In this document: positions 29,363-38,613 of the stretch, one piece after another
Layout: each line of letters begins with the position of its first letter
Numbering within the stretch: the first letter of the stretch is position 1
From: a virus
Lineage: Duplodnaviria > Caudoviricetes
IMG/VR virus record: IMGVR_UViG_3300009167_000009
Span: 1 to 60,258 of that record
Length of the DNA: 60,258 bases
Reading direction: 5' to 3' (one strand)
Program-made: the position numbers and the translations under genes
Notes under the pieces: generated by a model
Told to the model about the DNA's origin: nothing
The model's input: the letters and a program-made list of their open reading frames with translations, nothing else
Database searches by the model: none

Positions 29363-29500
29363 ATTTGCCGCCCCTTACAGGCCCGAACGGGCCACGGGCG
29401 GACCCGCAACCCGTCCCGGCCCCCGTTCGCGTCCTACAGGGACGCTAAGACGCCTTCCCGTGGTCAATTTATTGACGCCCAAACCCCGGATCGGCCCCCA

Positions 29501-29782
29501 TTACCGCATCCGCTTGAGAAGACCGATATCTCGGGGGTGGAAGCTGTGCGGCGGCGTAATCAACTTCATCACCGCCTCGGCTTCGGTTGTGGCTTCGACT
29601 TTCACCTGTTTCGGTGACTTGAATTTGCCCACTCGGATCTCCGCAATCCAGTGCGGACGGTGCGGCGGTCGCTCCCGTTTGACGGGGACTGGCGGCACGG
29701 TCGGGACCGATGGCGGCTCGGGCTGGTAATGATGCGCCCACCATACAGCAAGTATGATGACGCCGACCAGGACGAGCGTCAT
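29501..29782 (-). CDS. membrane-anchored hypothetical protein
   Basis: N-terminal TM helix and Pro-rich linker. Confidence 0.6.
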   Translation of the reverse strand: MTLVLVGVIILAVWWAHHYQPEPPSVPTVPPVPVKRERPPHRPHWIAEIRVGKFKSPKQVKVEATTEAEAVMKLITPPHSFHPRDIGLLKRMR

Positions 29783-29791
29783 GCGTGTGCC

Positions 29792-30511
29792 TCATTTGAG
29801 GTTCCGTTTTACAGACAGGTTCATCCGCCCCCCATCTTCGTATCCACGGGCATAGGCGGCTCCGTCTGCGATTCGAGGTTTTCGAGTTGATTGTGCGGTT
29901 CCCCGCTCGCGCAGATACGCGTCAATGGCTGACGATTTATCCTGCACGACCAGGGCCATGGTTGAGGCCTCCTCTCGACTGAGCTGGTTTCCGGCTTCCT
30001 GGGCACGTTTGGCCATCCGGCTGCTGAACCCAATGGCGTAGGCCGTGTGGCGCGACGACCATCCCGAGCCATAGGTGGACCGGGCAGCCCGGCGTACGGC
30101 TTCCAGAAAGATGATGAAGATTTCGGCGGCAATCGCCACGTCCTCCTCCATCCCAATGAACTGCATCTTGGACAGTCCATCCCACCGGTTCTTTCCGGTA
30201 GAGACCACGGCGCGTGTCCCGGTCAGCGTCATCACGCACGACGCCACGTTGTAGTCGTAATAGGCGAAGTCCGAGATTTTCCGGGTGTAGGCCGTGTACT
30301 CCCGGACCCGCTCCCGCAACTGGTTGACGTGTTCCGGTGTCCCCAGTTTCATCTCAACTTCTGCCATGGACAGATTGTGCCGCGCCATCATTTCCTTGGC
30401 GCGGGAGATCGCCAACAACATCTCGGCCTCGGTCGTGTTCGCGTCCGAACTGCCCAGGCGAAACAACTTCACGATGCGGTCGAGAATCTTGTCTTTATTG
30501 GCGTCAACCAT
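29792..30511 (-). CDS. DUF2786-domain protein
   Basis: KILDRIVKLFRL...EAE..A...A..MMARHNL N-terminus; AYARGYEDG C-terminus. Confidence 0.8.
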   Translation of the reverse strand: MVDANKDKILDRIVKLFRLGSSDANTTEAEMLLAISRAKEMMARHNLSMAEVEMKLGTPEHVNQLRERVREYTAYTRKISDFAYYDYNVASCVMTLTGTRAVVSTGKNRWDGLSKMQFIGMEEDVAIAAEIFIIFLEAVRRAARSTYGSGWSSRHTAYAIGFSSRMAKRAQEAGNQLSREEASTMALVVQDKSSAIDAYLRERGTAQSTRKPRIADGAAYARGYEDGGRMNLSVKRNLK

Positions 30512-30523
30512 TGGGTCTCCTTG

Positions 30524-30781
30524 TTAGTGCCGTGTGTCGGACTGCCCCCCGGCAGGGATCATCGTGTCGAAGATGGCCAGAATGGCCTCGTCCTCCTTCA
30601 TCTTAAAGTACACGACGTTGCCGCCCTGGTCATAGGACTTGAACACGAACATCCCATCCTTCTTCCACATGCATTCATAGTCCAGGTTCATCTCCTGGAA
30701 TCCGCCGTTGGTGGTCACACTGACCTGAATCAAGCCGTTCAGCGGGGCCTGGACCGGGGTTTCGTTGTCGATGGCGAGCAT
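30524..30781 (-). CDS. hypothetical protein
   Basis: 85 aa, AAGGAG RBS. Confidence 0.6.
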   Translation of the reverse strand: MLAIDNETPVQAPLNGLIQVSVTTNGGFQEMNLDYECMWKKDGMFVFKSYDQGGNVVYFKMKEDEAILAIFDTMIPAGGQSDTRH

Positions 30782-31003
30782 GATGTCTCCTTATACACTT
30801 TGCACCGTAGGGGACGGCGTACCAGCTGGTCGCACCAGTCCGTCATCCAGATGGCCTGTGTGGGCCACCACCACTTGACGCCCCACGACATGAGGCGGCT
30901 CCACTCACGGTTGTCGATAGCGTCTGCCATCGCGGACGATCCGGGTGCTCGGCCGGGATAGACGGCGACGGAACAGACACGGCCCCGCAGAATATGCGGG
31001 TAA

Positions 31004-31225
31004 CTACTTCTTGACTGGGGGGCCGACACGGATTCCTCCGATGTAGCGTTCCTGTTCGTCAATGCCGAACGCCTCGGCCAGTGCCACGGCGATCACGAAA
31101 CTCCGACTGACGTTGTGGCGACGGGCCAGCCGCTCGACCTCGTGCCGGATGTCCCGAATGACACAGGCCGGCAGGGGATCACGCCCGCCCTTCACTGGGC
31201 GTTGACGACGGATCGGCTTCTTCAT
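31004..31225 (-). CDS. ribbon-helix-helix DNA-binding protein
   Basis: IRHEVERLARRHNVSRSFVIAVAL pattern. Confidence 0.7.
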   Translation of the reverse strand: MKKPIRRQRPVKGGRDPLPACVIRDIRHEVERLARRHNVSRSFVIAVALAEAFGIDEQERYIGGIRVGPPVKK

Positions 31226-31490
31226 GGACCTCCTTCTTGGCCCACCGCTTGGCGTTCATGGCCGCGATCTTCTTCTTCCCCTCCGGGGTCTGCGTCCAGT
31301 GGGGCTTGGACGCCTTGTGGCGTTTGGTGGCGAGATCCTTGCGGATGGCCTTGGCCTTCTTCTTCAGTTCCGGCACGACGGCGGGGGTGTCTTCGCCCCA
31401 CATCGCCCCCAGGCGATCCAGGTCGTCGGCCGTGGCGGACAGCTGCGTCGCCATCGCTCGCATCGCGCTGGACAGTCCTTTGGCGATCAT
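31179..31490 (-). CDS. basic hypothetical protein
   Basis: MIAKGLSS...HWTQTPEGKKKI; ATGA overlap. Confidence 0.6.
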   Translation of the reverse strand: MIAKGLSSAMRAMATQLSATADDLDRLGAMWGEDTPAVVPELKKKAKAIRKDLATKRHKASKPHWTQTPEGKKKIAAMNAKRWAKKEVHEEADPSSTPSEGRA

Positions 31491-31735
31491 GCCTTTCTCC
31501 CCCGGCGCAACCGGCCCTTGATGGGAACGGGTGCTTCCGTGACCAGGGAAGGGTCCAGGTCGGTGCCGCCGAACACGGCGCTCAACGCTTGGGTCACGGC
31601 GGACAGTACCGTGTCGAATTCCGCTTGCCAGACGTTCATGGACTGGGTGCGCGTGATCTTTCCCTCCCCATCCAACGACTGGATGCGGACGAAGATCCGT
31701 TCGCTCGTGGGTTTCTGACCAAACTGTAACGGCAT
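31487..31735 (-). CDS. hypothetical protein
   Basis: MPLQFGQK start after AGGAGG. Confidence 0.6.
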   Translation of the reverse strand: MPLQFGQKPTSERIFVRIQSLDGEGKITRTQSMNVWQAEFDTVLSAVTQALSAVFGGTDLDPSLVTEAPVPIKGRLRRGRKA

Positions 31736-31746
31736 ACGGTGACCTC

Positions 31747-32106
31747 CTACTCGGTGAAAATGTGGACAGGCACGCCAGCACTTGCGGCGCGGTTCACCAT
31801 GTCCTTTGTCCCTTTGGACTCGGACAGGTTCGGGTGAAAGGCCAGCACCAGATGGATGCCGGTCTTCAACATCAGTTGGTTGCGGATCGGACCAGCGGCC
31901 CGTCCCTGCGTCCCCCAGTTCGCTGGGTACTCCTCCACGTCCATGTTCAGTTGCCACGCGCAACTAGTGGCCAGGGTGTCTGCGCCCCGGCATCCGCCAG
32001 CGATGACGGTGATGGGACCGACGTGCTTCTTCCGAAGCTCCAGCAACTCACGATAGATGCTGGCCCGGTTGGTCCAGTTCCGGTCGCCACAGACGAGCAC
32101 TCTCAT
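31747..32106 (-). CDS. SLOG-family (DUF2493/YspA-like) nucleotide-binding protein
   Basis: MRVLVCGDRNW, GGCRGAD, AAGPIRNQLM, SKGTKDM. Confidence 0.85.
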   Translation of the reverse strand: MRVLVCGDRNWTNRASIYRELLELRKKHVGPITVIAGGCRGADTLATSCAWQLNMDVEEYPANWGTQGRAAGPIRNQLMLKTGIHLVLAFHPNLSESKGTKDMVNRAASAGVPVHIFTE

Positions 32107-32357
32107 CGTTTGCCCCTCCGATCCCACGGATGCTCGTTTCGGTCCTCCATGTTCCGAATCTCCTGCTCGGTGTCCTTGGTTAGGTATGCGCCCTTCGGCG
32201 GGAATCCGCCACGGAGCAGCCATTGATTCAGTTCGAGGATCTGTTCCACCATCTTGACCAGAACATCCGGGTCCAAGCTGGCGGCCGGGTCCATGTCCTC
32301 GATGTCGATGCTGGCGGCCGTGTCCACGATGTCCTGCCACGCCTGTTGCGGGTCCAT
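32103..32357 (-). CDS. hypothetical protein
   Basis: MDP...LNQWLLRGGFPP; coupled to neighbours. Confidence 0.6.
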   Translation of the reverse strand: MDPQQAWQDIVDTAASIDIEDMDPAASLDPDVLVKMVEQILELNQWLLRGGFPPKGAYLTKDTEQEIRNMEDRNEHPWDRRGKR

Positions 32358-32542
32358 CAGATGTGCTCCCGTATCGTGCGGAGGATGAGTTTGGCCTGTT
32401 CCACAGCGGACACGGCCGCATCGTCCAAGCTGAGGTCAATATTGGAGTTCGCGTGCATCCCGGCCGTGATCATCCCTGCGACCAGGAATATGAGTTGCTC
32501 ACGGTCGAAGTCAATCGTAATTCGGCCATAGACTGCAGGCAT
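32357..32542 (-). CDS. hypothetical protein
   Basis: 61 aa with TGATG overlaps. Confidence 0.55.
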   Translation of the reverse strand: MPAVYGRITIDFDREQLIFLVAGMITAGMHANSNIDLSLDDAAVSAVEQAKLILRTIREHI

Positions 32543-32578
32543 CAGTCACACCCCCGTTCCAGTTTATCGGCGCAGGTG

Positions 32579-33001
32579 TCACCGTCCATACTTGCACTGT
32601 TTGCACACGCCCGGCCGGTAGGCCGATTTCCTTCGGTGACAGATCGAACACGGTTGAGGAAGCAAAGGGGCATACCGTACTCCTTTCTTACGGGGATGAA
32701 TGTCCCGCATCTGGTGTAAACGTCCATCTTCCTTCATGTGACACCGCCGACATAGCGGCACGCACTTTTCCATTTCTTCTAAAATACGCTCGATGGACGC
32801 ACCGAGTTTTACCAAGTGCGTAACGGCTGTGTGTCGATGCGCAGCGCGGACACGGTGATGCCACTCTATAGGCCAATCTTCTGGCGGCGGTTGTGTGTGA
32901 CACCCCTCACACTCGGTCTCTGCCATTACTTGTGCAAACCAATACCTATTGCGCAGTATGGCCCTTTGTTTACCGGCAGAGTATTTATCCCAATAGGGCA
33001 T
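32579..33001 (-). CDS. HNH endonuclease
   Basis: CEGC...EWHH...EMEKCVPLCRRCH; AT-richer than flanks. Confidence 0.75.
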   Translation of the reverse strand: MPYWDKYSAGKQRAILRNRYWFAQVMAETECEGCHTQPPPEDWPIEWHHRVRAAHRHTAVTHLVKLGASIERILEEMEKCVPLCRRCHMKEDGRLHQMRDIHPRKKGVRYAPLLPQPCSICHRRKSAYRPGVCKQCKYGR

Positions 33002-33447
33002 TAAGGTGCTCCACGCTCAACGGCGTCACTGCACGCATCACATTGGTAGCCCAACGCCTTGTCCTTCGGCGTCAGGCGGTTCGGTTGCCCACAGGTGGGA
33101 CAGGGCAAGTTGCGCGGGTTCGAGGGTGTGGCCGCACGCAGCGCGCTGGTGCCGCCGGGGTCCGCGAATTCGCTGCGGTCATCCTCGTCGGGATAATCGA
33201 AGCCGGTGTCGGTGTCCTCGTCCTCATCCTCGCACGAGGGGCACGGGGAATCGTTCGCGTCCTTCTCATACCCCCCGTGCGTCGGGCATTTCCCTTCCCG
33301 GCGTTTGAGTTCGGCCTCGATGAGGTCAAGTTGGGACTTCATCCGGTCGATGTCCTGGTCCAAGGACATGTGCTCCTCACGGAGTTCGTCCGTGGTATAC
33401 TCCTCGATGGGGGTGCAATCACGCTCGTCGAAGGTGATGCGAAGCAT
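33001..33447 (-). CDS. Cys-rich acidic hypothetical protein
   Basis: MLRITF start after GGAGG; several CxxC pairs; ALRAATPSNPRNLPCPTC. Confidence 0.65.
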   Translation of the reverse strand: MLRITFDERDCTPIEEYTTDELREEHMSLDQDIDRMKSQLDLIEAELKRREGKCPTHGGYEKDANDSPCPSCEDEDEDTDTGFDYPDEDDRSEFADPGGTSALRAATPSNPRNLPCPTCGQPNRLTPKDKALGYQCDACSDAVERGAP

Positions 33448-33451
33448 TGGG

Positions 33452-33763
33452 TTACCTCCCCAGGAACAGGAACCGCACGCGTGTCCAGAAGGTGCGGTTG
33501 TGACTCTCCAGTGCGTCAACCCGCCCTTCCACTCGAAGCAGGTCGTTGTTCGTGGCCTCCATGGTGTCCGTCAACATCTTGATGAACGATCCTTCTACCT
33601 CCGTGATCCGGGTGTCCAGACGGTTCAACTCCTGCGTGTGGTCGGACACGCGATCCGTCATCTCCTTGTAGGCGGCGTCCACCGACCGGACGGACTCCGA
33701 ATACCGGATCAACTGCTCCTGCATCTGCTCACGGTTTAGCACGTTCCCTCCTCTCCTTCTCAC
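33452..33763 (-). CDS. coiled-coil hypothetical protein
   Basis: Heptad-rich ORF; exact start uncertain. Confidence 0.55.
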   Translation of the reverse strand: MRRRGGNVLNREQMQEQLIRYSESVRSVDAAYKEMTDRVSDHTQELNRLDTRITEVEGSFIKMLTDTMEATNNDLLRVEGRVDALESHNRTFWTRVRFLFLGR

Positions 33764-34025
33764 ATAGCGCCTTGTACTGTTCCCCGTACTTCTTGTTGTC
33801 CTCGTAGTCCCGATACAACGCGTCTTCCTCCTCCGCCTGACGTTTCAGGGCGGCCTCGGCCTCGGCCTTGAATTCGGGTTTCACATCCAGGGGCAGCTTG
33901 TCACTGCCGTCATCCGCGATGTGGTCGCACCCTTCGCTAGCCCACTCCCCGCAGATGGGACACTTCCAATTCCCCTGTGCGGGGCCGCATGACCAGCAAC
34001 AGTAATCGCCGCACATGCAGGCCAT
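33729..34025 (-). CDS. Cys-rich hypothetical protein
   Basis: MACMCGDYCCWSCGPAQG...CPIC. Confidence 0.6.
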   Translation of the reverse strand: MACMCGDYCCWSCGPAQGNWKCPICGEWASEGCDHIADDGSDKLPLDVKPEFKAEAEAALKRQAEEEDALYRDYEDNKKYGEQYKALCEKERRERAKP

Positions 34026-34246
34026 CAGTTCCCTCCTCCGTCCAGGACGCCGTAACGTTCCGCGACGACCGCGTTCAGCTTGTCACAGAAGTCCTGGATG
34101 TCCTTCCGTGCGATGCGGGAGTCGGACCCGGCCACGACCGTCAGCACGATGGTTGCCTTCTCGTTGCCGGTGTCGTCTGCGAACCCGTGCGCGTACAAGA
34201 CATGGGTCTGCGGCGCGACACGCTTCACCGTGAACATGGGCTTCAT
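34025..34246 (-). CDS. hypothetical protein
   Basis: 73 aa, coupled overlaps. Confidence 0.55.
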   Translation of the reverse strand: MKPMFTVKRVAPQTHVLYAHGFADDTGNEKATIVLTVVAGSDSRIARKDIQDFCDKLNAVVAERYGVLDGGGN

Positions 34247-34467
34247 CCTTCTCCTCCCTTTAACAGGATGCGGTGGAACGTATCCTTGACTGGATCGACC
34301 ACGTACTTGTCATGCTGGCGTGCAGCCCACGCGGACACGATCCACATCGGCAGGGTGCGAGCTGGCCGCGCCCCTGGGTACTGCGCGGCGTCGTAGTCCC
34401 GTGCCAATTCATCCCAGGTGAGCGCTGGGCCGTATTTCCTTCGTTTTCGGATGGTGACTCGGGCCAT
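34243..34467 (-). CDS. hypothetical protein
   Basis: 74 aa, coupled overlap. Confidence 0.55.
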   Translation of the reverse strand: MARVTIRKRRKYGPALTWDELARDYDAAQYPGARPARTLPMWIVSAWAARQHDKYVVDPVKDTFHRILLKGGEG

Positions 34468-34477
34468 GATACCCTTG

Positions 34478-34777
34478 TCAGATCAACCGGACGTAGGGAA
34501 TCATGCCTGCGTCGTCGATGGCGCGGATACAGACCTTCGACAACTTGACCGCATCCTCGTTCCGCAGGTCATAGTAGTTGTCGTTCAGACTGGCCAGGTG
34601 CTGCATCCAGGCCAAGAACATCCCAGTCATCTGCTGCTGCAGAGTGCGGTGTTCGCGGTCCATGTACTCGACGAACAACTTCGCCGAGTGACCTCGGTTC
34701 GCGCAGTCGGACAGCGCACGCACGGCGGCAGCCATGTCATCCTTTTCTTTCTGTTGCCAGTCGGTGTGTTCCGCCAT
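34478..34777 (-). CDS. hypothetical protein
   Basis: 99 aa, GGAGGAG RBS; HRTLQQ...YDLRNE. Confidence 0.65.
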   Translation of the reverse strand: MAEHTDWQQKEKDDMAAAVRALSDCANRGHSAKLFVEYMDREHRTLQQQMTGMFLAWMQHLASLNDNYYDLRNEDAVKLSKVCIRAIDDAGMIPYVRLI

Positions 34778-34778
34778 G

Positions 34779-34994
34779 TTACTCCTCCAGATTGTGCATC
34801 TTGCAATACGCCTTGTACACCTTCTTGTGGTTGCCGCGCAACCCGAACTTTGTCTTTACGTAGTTGAACACGGACCCCTTCGAATAGACGAGGCCGGTCT
34901 CCATCTGCACGTGCATGGCGTGCTTCAACTGGAGTAGGTGATACATCCTGATGCCTTTCGGCGTGTCGATGATCGTCGGGCCAGTTTCTTCCAT
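34779..34994 (-). CDS. hypothetical protein
   Basis: MEETGPT start after AAGGA. Confidence 0.55.
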   Translation of the reverse strand: MEETGPTIIDTPKGIRMYHLLQLKHAMHVQMETGLVYSKGSVFNYVKTKFGLRGNHKKVYKAYCKMHNLEE

Positions 34995-35102
34995 GGGAGT
35001 CCTTTCTTCCAGCGCTGGAACGCGGCGCACCGGGCGCACACGCACTCACGTGCTGCGGTACGGCGACGACCACACTGGACGCAGGTCATGTGTGCCTCCA
35101 AT

Positions 35103-35321
35103 CTACCAGTCCACCGACTCTTCGAGTTTCTTCACCGTGCCGATGCACCCGCTGCGCCCGCAGTAACGGCACACCACGTCCAGGTAGAAAGTGGTGCCGT
35201 CCCGTTCCATCGTGACCTTGGTCCAGTCGGGGCGGTGGGCTTTGCCCTTGTTCTTCGGGCACGAGGTTTCGGTCCCGTGTTCGCGCTCGTACAGTTCGGA
35301 AAACGTCAGTTGCTCTTCCAT
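35103..35321 (-). CDS. hypothetical protein
   Basis: MEEQLTF start after GGAGG; CxxC. Confidence 0.55.
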   Translation of the reverse strand: MEEQLTFSELYEREHGTETSCPKNKGKAHRPDWTKVTMERDGTTFYLDVVCRYCGRSGCIGTVKKLEESVDW

Positions 35322-35323
35322 GC

Positions 35324-35539
35324 TTACCTCCCCGTGACGCGCTTGTGGTTGGCGCGGCAGCATCGGCCGCACACTGCACCCAGAAACCGCTCTGGGCCGA
35401 GGTCACGGCCACACTGGAGGCAGGGATGTTCGGGCGACTTGGCCTTGGACGCGCACCGGGGGCAGCGAATCCGGTACGGCGTGGCTTGATAGACCGCGTG
35501 CCGGGTCAGCCGCCCACAATCTTCACACAGGGTGGGCAT
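35324..35539 (-). CDS. Cys-rich (Zn-finger-like) hypothetical protein
   Basis: Four CxxC pairs; AAGGAG RBS. Confidence 0.55.
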   Translation of the reverse strand: MPTLCEDCGRLTRHAVYQATPYRIRCPRCASKAKSPEHPCLQCGRDLGPERFLGAVCGRCCRANHKRVTGR

Positions 35540-35541
35540 GG

Positions 35542-35925
35542 CTACTCCTTTGGCATCTGGCACACGCCGTTGCACTTGGCACAGTAATCCGGGTTGTGCC
35601 GATGCTCCCGTTCCGGAACAGTGTCTTCTCCAGAATGGTCCTCCACGACCATGACCAAGTCGCGCCGGGCGTCCAGCAAGTCAAGACGGAACGCTTCGCG
35701 GAACCCCACCTTCAACGGGATGCTGATGCGGTCGGGCATGGTCTTCCACCTGCGGATGCTGCCGTTCATCCGCACATCGCGCAGCTGTCCGTCGTTGCAG
35801 ATGAGTTTGACACGGTGGATGTGCTGTGGCAGGTCGTAGATTTCGGCGTCGGTCAGTCGCCGCACCGTCAGCTGCCGCCGTGTCTTGTGCCGGTCGTATC
35901 CGTCAGGAAGTTGAAACGAGTCCAT
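35542..35925 (-). CDS. hypothetical protein
   Basis: MDSFQLP start after GAGGAG. Confidence 0.6.
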   Translation of the reverse strand: MDSFQLPDGYDRHKTRRQLTVRRLTDAEIYDLPQHIHRVKLICNDGQLRDVRMNGSIRRWKTMPDRISIPLKVGFREAFRLDLLDARRDLVMVVEDHSGEDTVPEREHRHNPDYCAKCNGVCQMPKE

Positions 35926-36166
35926 CGGTGCGCTCCTCATTCGGGATGGGAAGACAGTTGCACTTCCGCGCCAATCCGCCGCAGATGCCGCACACACCGG
36001 GCTTGGGCTGCGGCGGTGGGACCATGCCGATCCACAGGCGCACGGTGCCCGAGGGGGGCCGGTCGATCTTGGTCAGTACCTCGCGGTAGTCGTCGGCGGT
36101 TACGTCCTCCGACTTGAGCTTGATGTTGTGACGCCCGTAGTACGTCACGCGATACAGATAGGACAT
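35903..36166 (-). CDS. hypothetical protein
   Basis: 87 aa, GGAGG RBS. Confidence 0.55.
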   Translation of the reverse strand: MSYLYRVTYYGRHNIKLKSEDVTADDYREVLTKIDRPPSGTVRLWIGMVPPPQPKPGVCGICGGLARKCNCLPIPNEERTDGLVSTS

Positions 36167-36374
36167 GTCTGTGCCTCCATTCAGGTGTAGTCAATCGGCG
36201 GTGCTGCGGCCAATCGACGGGCGAAGGTGAATCCCTCGATCCACGGCTTGTGATAGTAGTGGGGGATGGGAATCAGCTCGTCCTCACCATAGGACTCGTG
36301 CGTTTTCCCGTACTCGAATCCCTCCATGTAGTAGAAATCCCGGTCCTCGGGTGACATATCTGTCCAGGACATGG

Positions 36375-36695
36375 CTACCCCGTAACCTTCACCACGTATC
36401 CATCTTTGACTTGCACGACCGCGTACCACCGATGCGGCTTGGGGTAGTGCGGCCCCTCGATGACGTCGCTGCCATTCTTCGGTGTGGGGAACATCCCACT
36501 TGGATTGTAGGTGTACAGCCGCGCCGGTTCGCCACCGGGGAACTCCTTGTGCAGCGTTTCCGTGTCCATCAGGTAACCGACCTGACCGGGCCGGAGCTTG
36601 TTGCGCGATTGAATCAAGTCGTGATACCGGCGCCAGCGGTCGACGGCGGCCTTGAACTCCTTCTTGGACTTGAAATCCGGGTCAACGTAACTCAT
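36375..36695 (-). CDS. hypothetical protein
   Basis: FKSKKEFK...EGPHYPKPHRWYA. Confidence 0.65.
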   Translation of the reverse strand: MSYVDPDFKSKKEFKAAVDRWRRYHDLIQSRNKLRPGQVGYLMDTETLHKEFPGGEPARLYTYNPSGMFPTPKNGSDVIEGPHYPKPHRWYAVVQVKDGYVVKVTG

Positions 36696-36973
36696 GTGAC
36701 CACCTTTGCATCCAGGGTGATGCCGTCTGTCTGGGGTGAGTCATACGGGGTGCCTGCGTGTAGCGAGGCGATGGTCAGCACCGCCGCATACGGAATGCAG
36801 ACGTGGCACAGACGGGCCTCATTGCCGAACACCACCACCTGTCCGCAGGACCAGATGTTGTGGCCGCTGTCCACATGGGACAGCTGAATGGGGACGCAGG
36901 TGCTGGGTTCATCGCCCTCGGTGTGGAAGTAGAATTGAATCGTGTCTTGCCCGGTGTCCGGAACTTTGCTCAT
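36692..36973 (-). CDS. hypothetical protein
   Basis: 93 aa, ATGA overlaps. Confidence 0.5.
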   Translation of the reverse strand: MSKVPDTGQDTIQFYFHTEGDEPSTCVPIQLSHVDSGHNIWSCGQVVVFGNEARLCHVCIPYAAVLTIASLHAGTPYDSPQTDGITLDAKVVT

Positions 36974-37188
36974 TCTCCCACCTCCTCAAACGGTTTCACT
37001 CGCGTCACTTCCACGAACTGCGGTTCGTTCGGCTCGTCCTCGTTCGGATCACTCCACTCCAACGCGTCAGCGTCGGTGTTGATGACGGCCTGAGCTTTGA
37101 CCTTGGCCTCATCGGGGGTCACGGCCTCGACCTCGATGGTCGTGTAGGAGTCGTGACGGCGGTAGAACTCGACCCTGAACGTGGCCAT
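36970..37188 (-). CDS. small acidic hypothetical protein
   Basis: IEVEAVTPDEA..KA pattern; AGGAGG RBS. Confidence 0.6.
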   Translation of the reverse strand: MATFRVEFYRRHDSYTTIEVEAVTPDEAKVKAQAVINTDADALEWSDPNEDEPNEPQFVEVTRVKPFEEVGE

Positions 37189-37189
37189 A

Positions 37190-37579
37190 TCATCCCTCCT
37201 GCGCGACATTGAACAACGCTTCGGCCAGCGTGCGGCCCCGCGCCACGGCGCTGAAGTTGGACGTGGCCTCCTGGCTGCCGTAGGCCACTTCCCAGTATTG
37301 TCCGTGGTGCTCGATGCGCAGCCACTGGACCGTGTGCGTGGTCATGCCGACGTTCCGAGTGTCCTCGGGCCAGTTGCCATCCTTGTCTTTGGATAGGAGT
37401 TTGGCCGTGGCGCGAGTCAGCTGTTCGCGGTTCGTGGCCATGTAGCGCACATGGCCCATCAGCTCACGGGCGTCGGATTCCTCGTCTTCGGCGAGGGGGA
37501 CGTTGAAGAAGTCGGCGGGTGTCGCATCGCGGATGAACTCGTCGTAGATGCGATCTTCCCACGTACGGGCTGCGGGCAT
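37190..37579 (-). CDS. hypothetical protein
   Basis: MPAART start after GGAGG. Confidence 0.6.
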   Translation of the reverse strand: MPAARTWEDRIYDEFIRDATPADFFNVPLAEDEESDARELMGHVRYMATNREQLTRATAKLLSKDKDGNWPEDTRNVGMTTHTVQWLRIEHHGQYWEVAYGSQEATSNFSAVARGRTLAEALFNVAQEG

Positions 37580-37639
37580 GGTGCCTCCCATGAAAGCGGG
37601 CGGGACCACTGGGATGTGGCCCCGCCCTGCGGTGAACGC

Positions 37640-37867
37640 CTACTCGCTGGTGATGGTGATCGTCACGGACTTGCCCTTAGACACATCCAAGGACTTGTGG
37701 ACGTAGACCACGCCCCCGCGCCCGATCAACAGGGGCCACTTGTCCCCTTCGAGCGCGGCCATCGGGCCGAACTTGTTGTAGGCCGCCGAGCTGTCGGTGG
37801 CCGGGATGGTGTAGCTGACGGACACGGGCGCGACCGCCTTCGGGGCGGCGTCTTCCTTCTTGGCCAT
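37640..37867 (-). CDS. hypothetical protein
   Basis: MAKKEDAAPK start; GGAG RBS. Confidence 0.6.
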   Translation of the reverse strand: MAKKEDAAPKAVAPVSVSYTIPATDSSAAYNKFGPMAALEGDKWPLLIGRGGVVYVHKSLDVSKGKSVTITITSE

Positions 37868-37937
37868 GATCATCTCCTCTGCAGGTTACGAACGCCTCAC
37901 GTGAATGGGACCAGGGGTGGGGGCACCCCCGGCTGGA

Positions 37938-38504
37938 CTACGCCGCTTTCACGCGGTTCGTCTTGATGGTCATGCCCTTCGCCTTCGCGACGGGCGCGGT
38001 CGGCTTCGGCGCGACGGGTGCGGCCTTGGTCGGCTCGGCCTTGGGCGCGGGGGCCGTCTTCGGCGCGACGGGCGCGGCCGACTTGGCCTCGGTCACGGCC
38101 GTCCGCTTGCCGTCCACGAGGATGAACTCGGGGACGGAGAAGGTGCGGCCCCGGAACTCCTTCGAGTGCCGACCCGCGTTGAAGTCCCGCCGTGCGCCCT
38201 GCACGTGGAACTCGGTGTAGGCGACGGCGTTGGGGAACACCCGGCGCCAGTCGGCCGCGAGCTCGACGTCGGTGAGCTTCTTGGTCGGGTTGACCGCGAA
38301 GGTCATGTCCTGGTACTCGGCGACGTGGACGCGCTTCGGCTGCCCGTCCCACGTCACGGTCGCCACGAACTTGCTGGGCGCCTTGGGCGGGGCGTCCTTC
38401 GCGGCAGGGGTGAGCGCCCCCGTCTGCTTCGTGGCAGCGGCGGCGGTGGCCGGCACCTTGATGGTTCCGGTCTTGGCGGCGACGGCGGCGGTCTGCTTGG
38501 CCAT
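37938..38504 (-). CDS. Lys/Ala/Pro-rich putative DNA-binding protein (paralog of 27302-27793)
   Basis: Shared core domain; H1-like APK/PVA tails; GGAGG RBS. Confidence 0.7.
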   Translation of the reverse strand: MAKQTAAVAAKTGTIKVPATAAAATKQTGALTPAAKDAPPKAPSKFVATVTWDGQPKRVHVAEYQDMTFAVNPTKKLTDVELAADWRRVFPNAVAYTEFHVQGARRDFNAGRHSKEFRGRTFSVPEFILVDGKRTAVTEAKSAAPVAPKTAPAPKAEPTKAAPVAPKPTAPVAKAKGMTIKTNRVKAA

Positions 38505-38613
38505 ACGGCCCTCCAGAATGTGTCCCTCCGACCGGGAGGGTGCGGGGTGTGGGGAACCCACTCCACGATGCCCATGACCTGCGGGGGCAGAGGTCACGGG
38601 CGTCCTGCAATGG

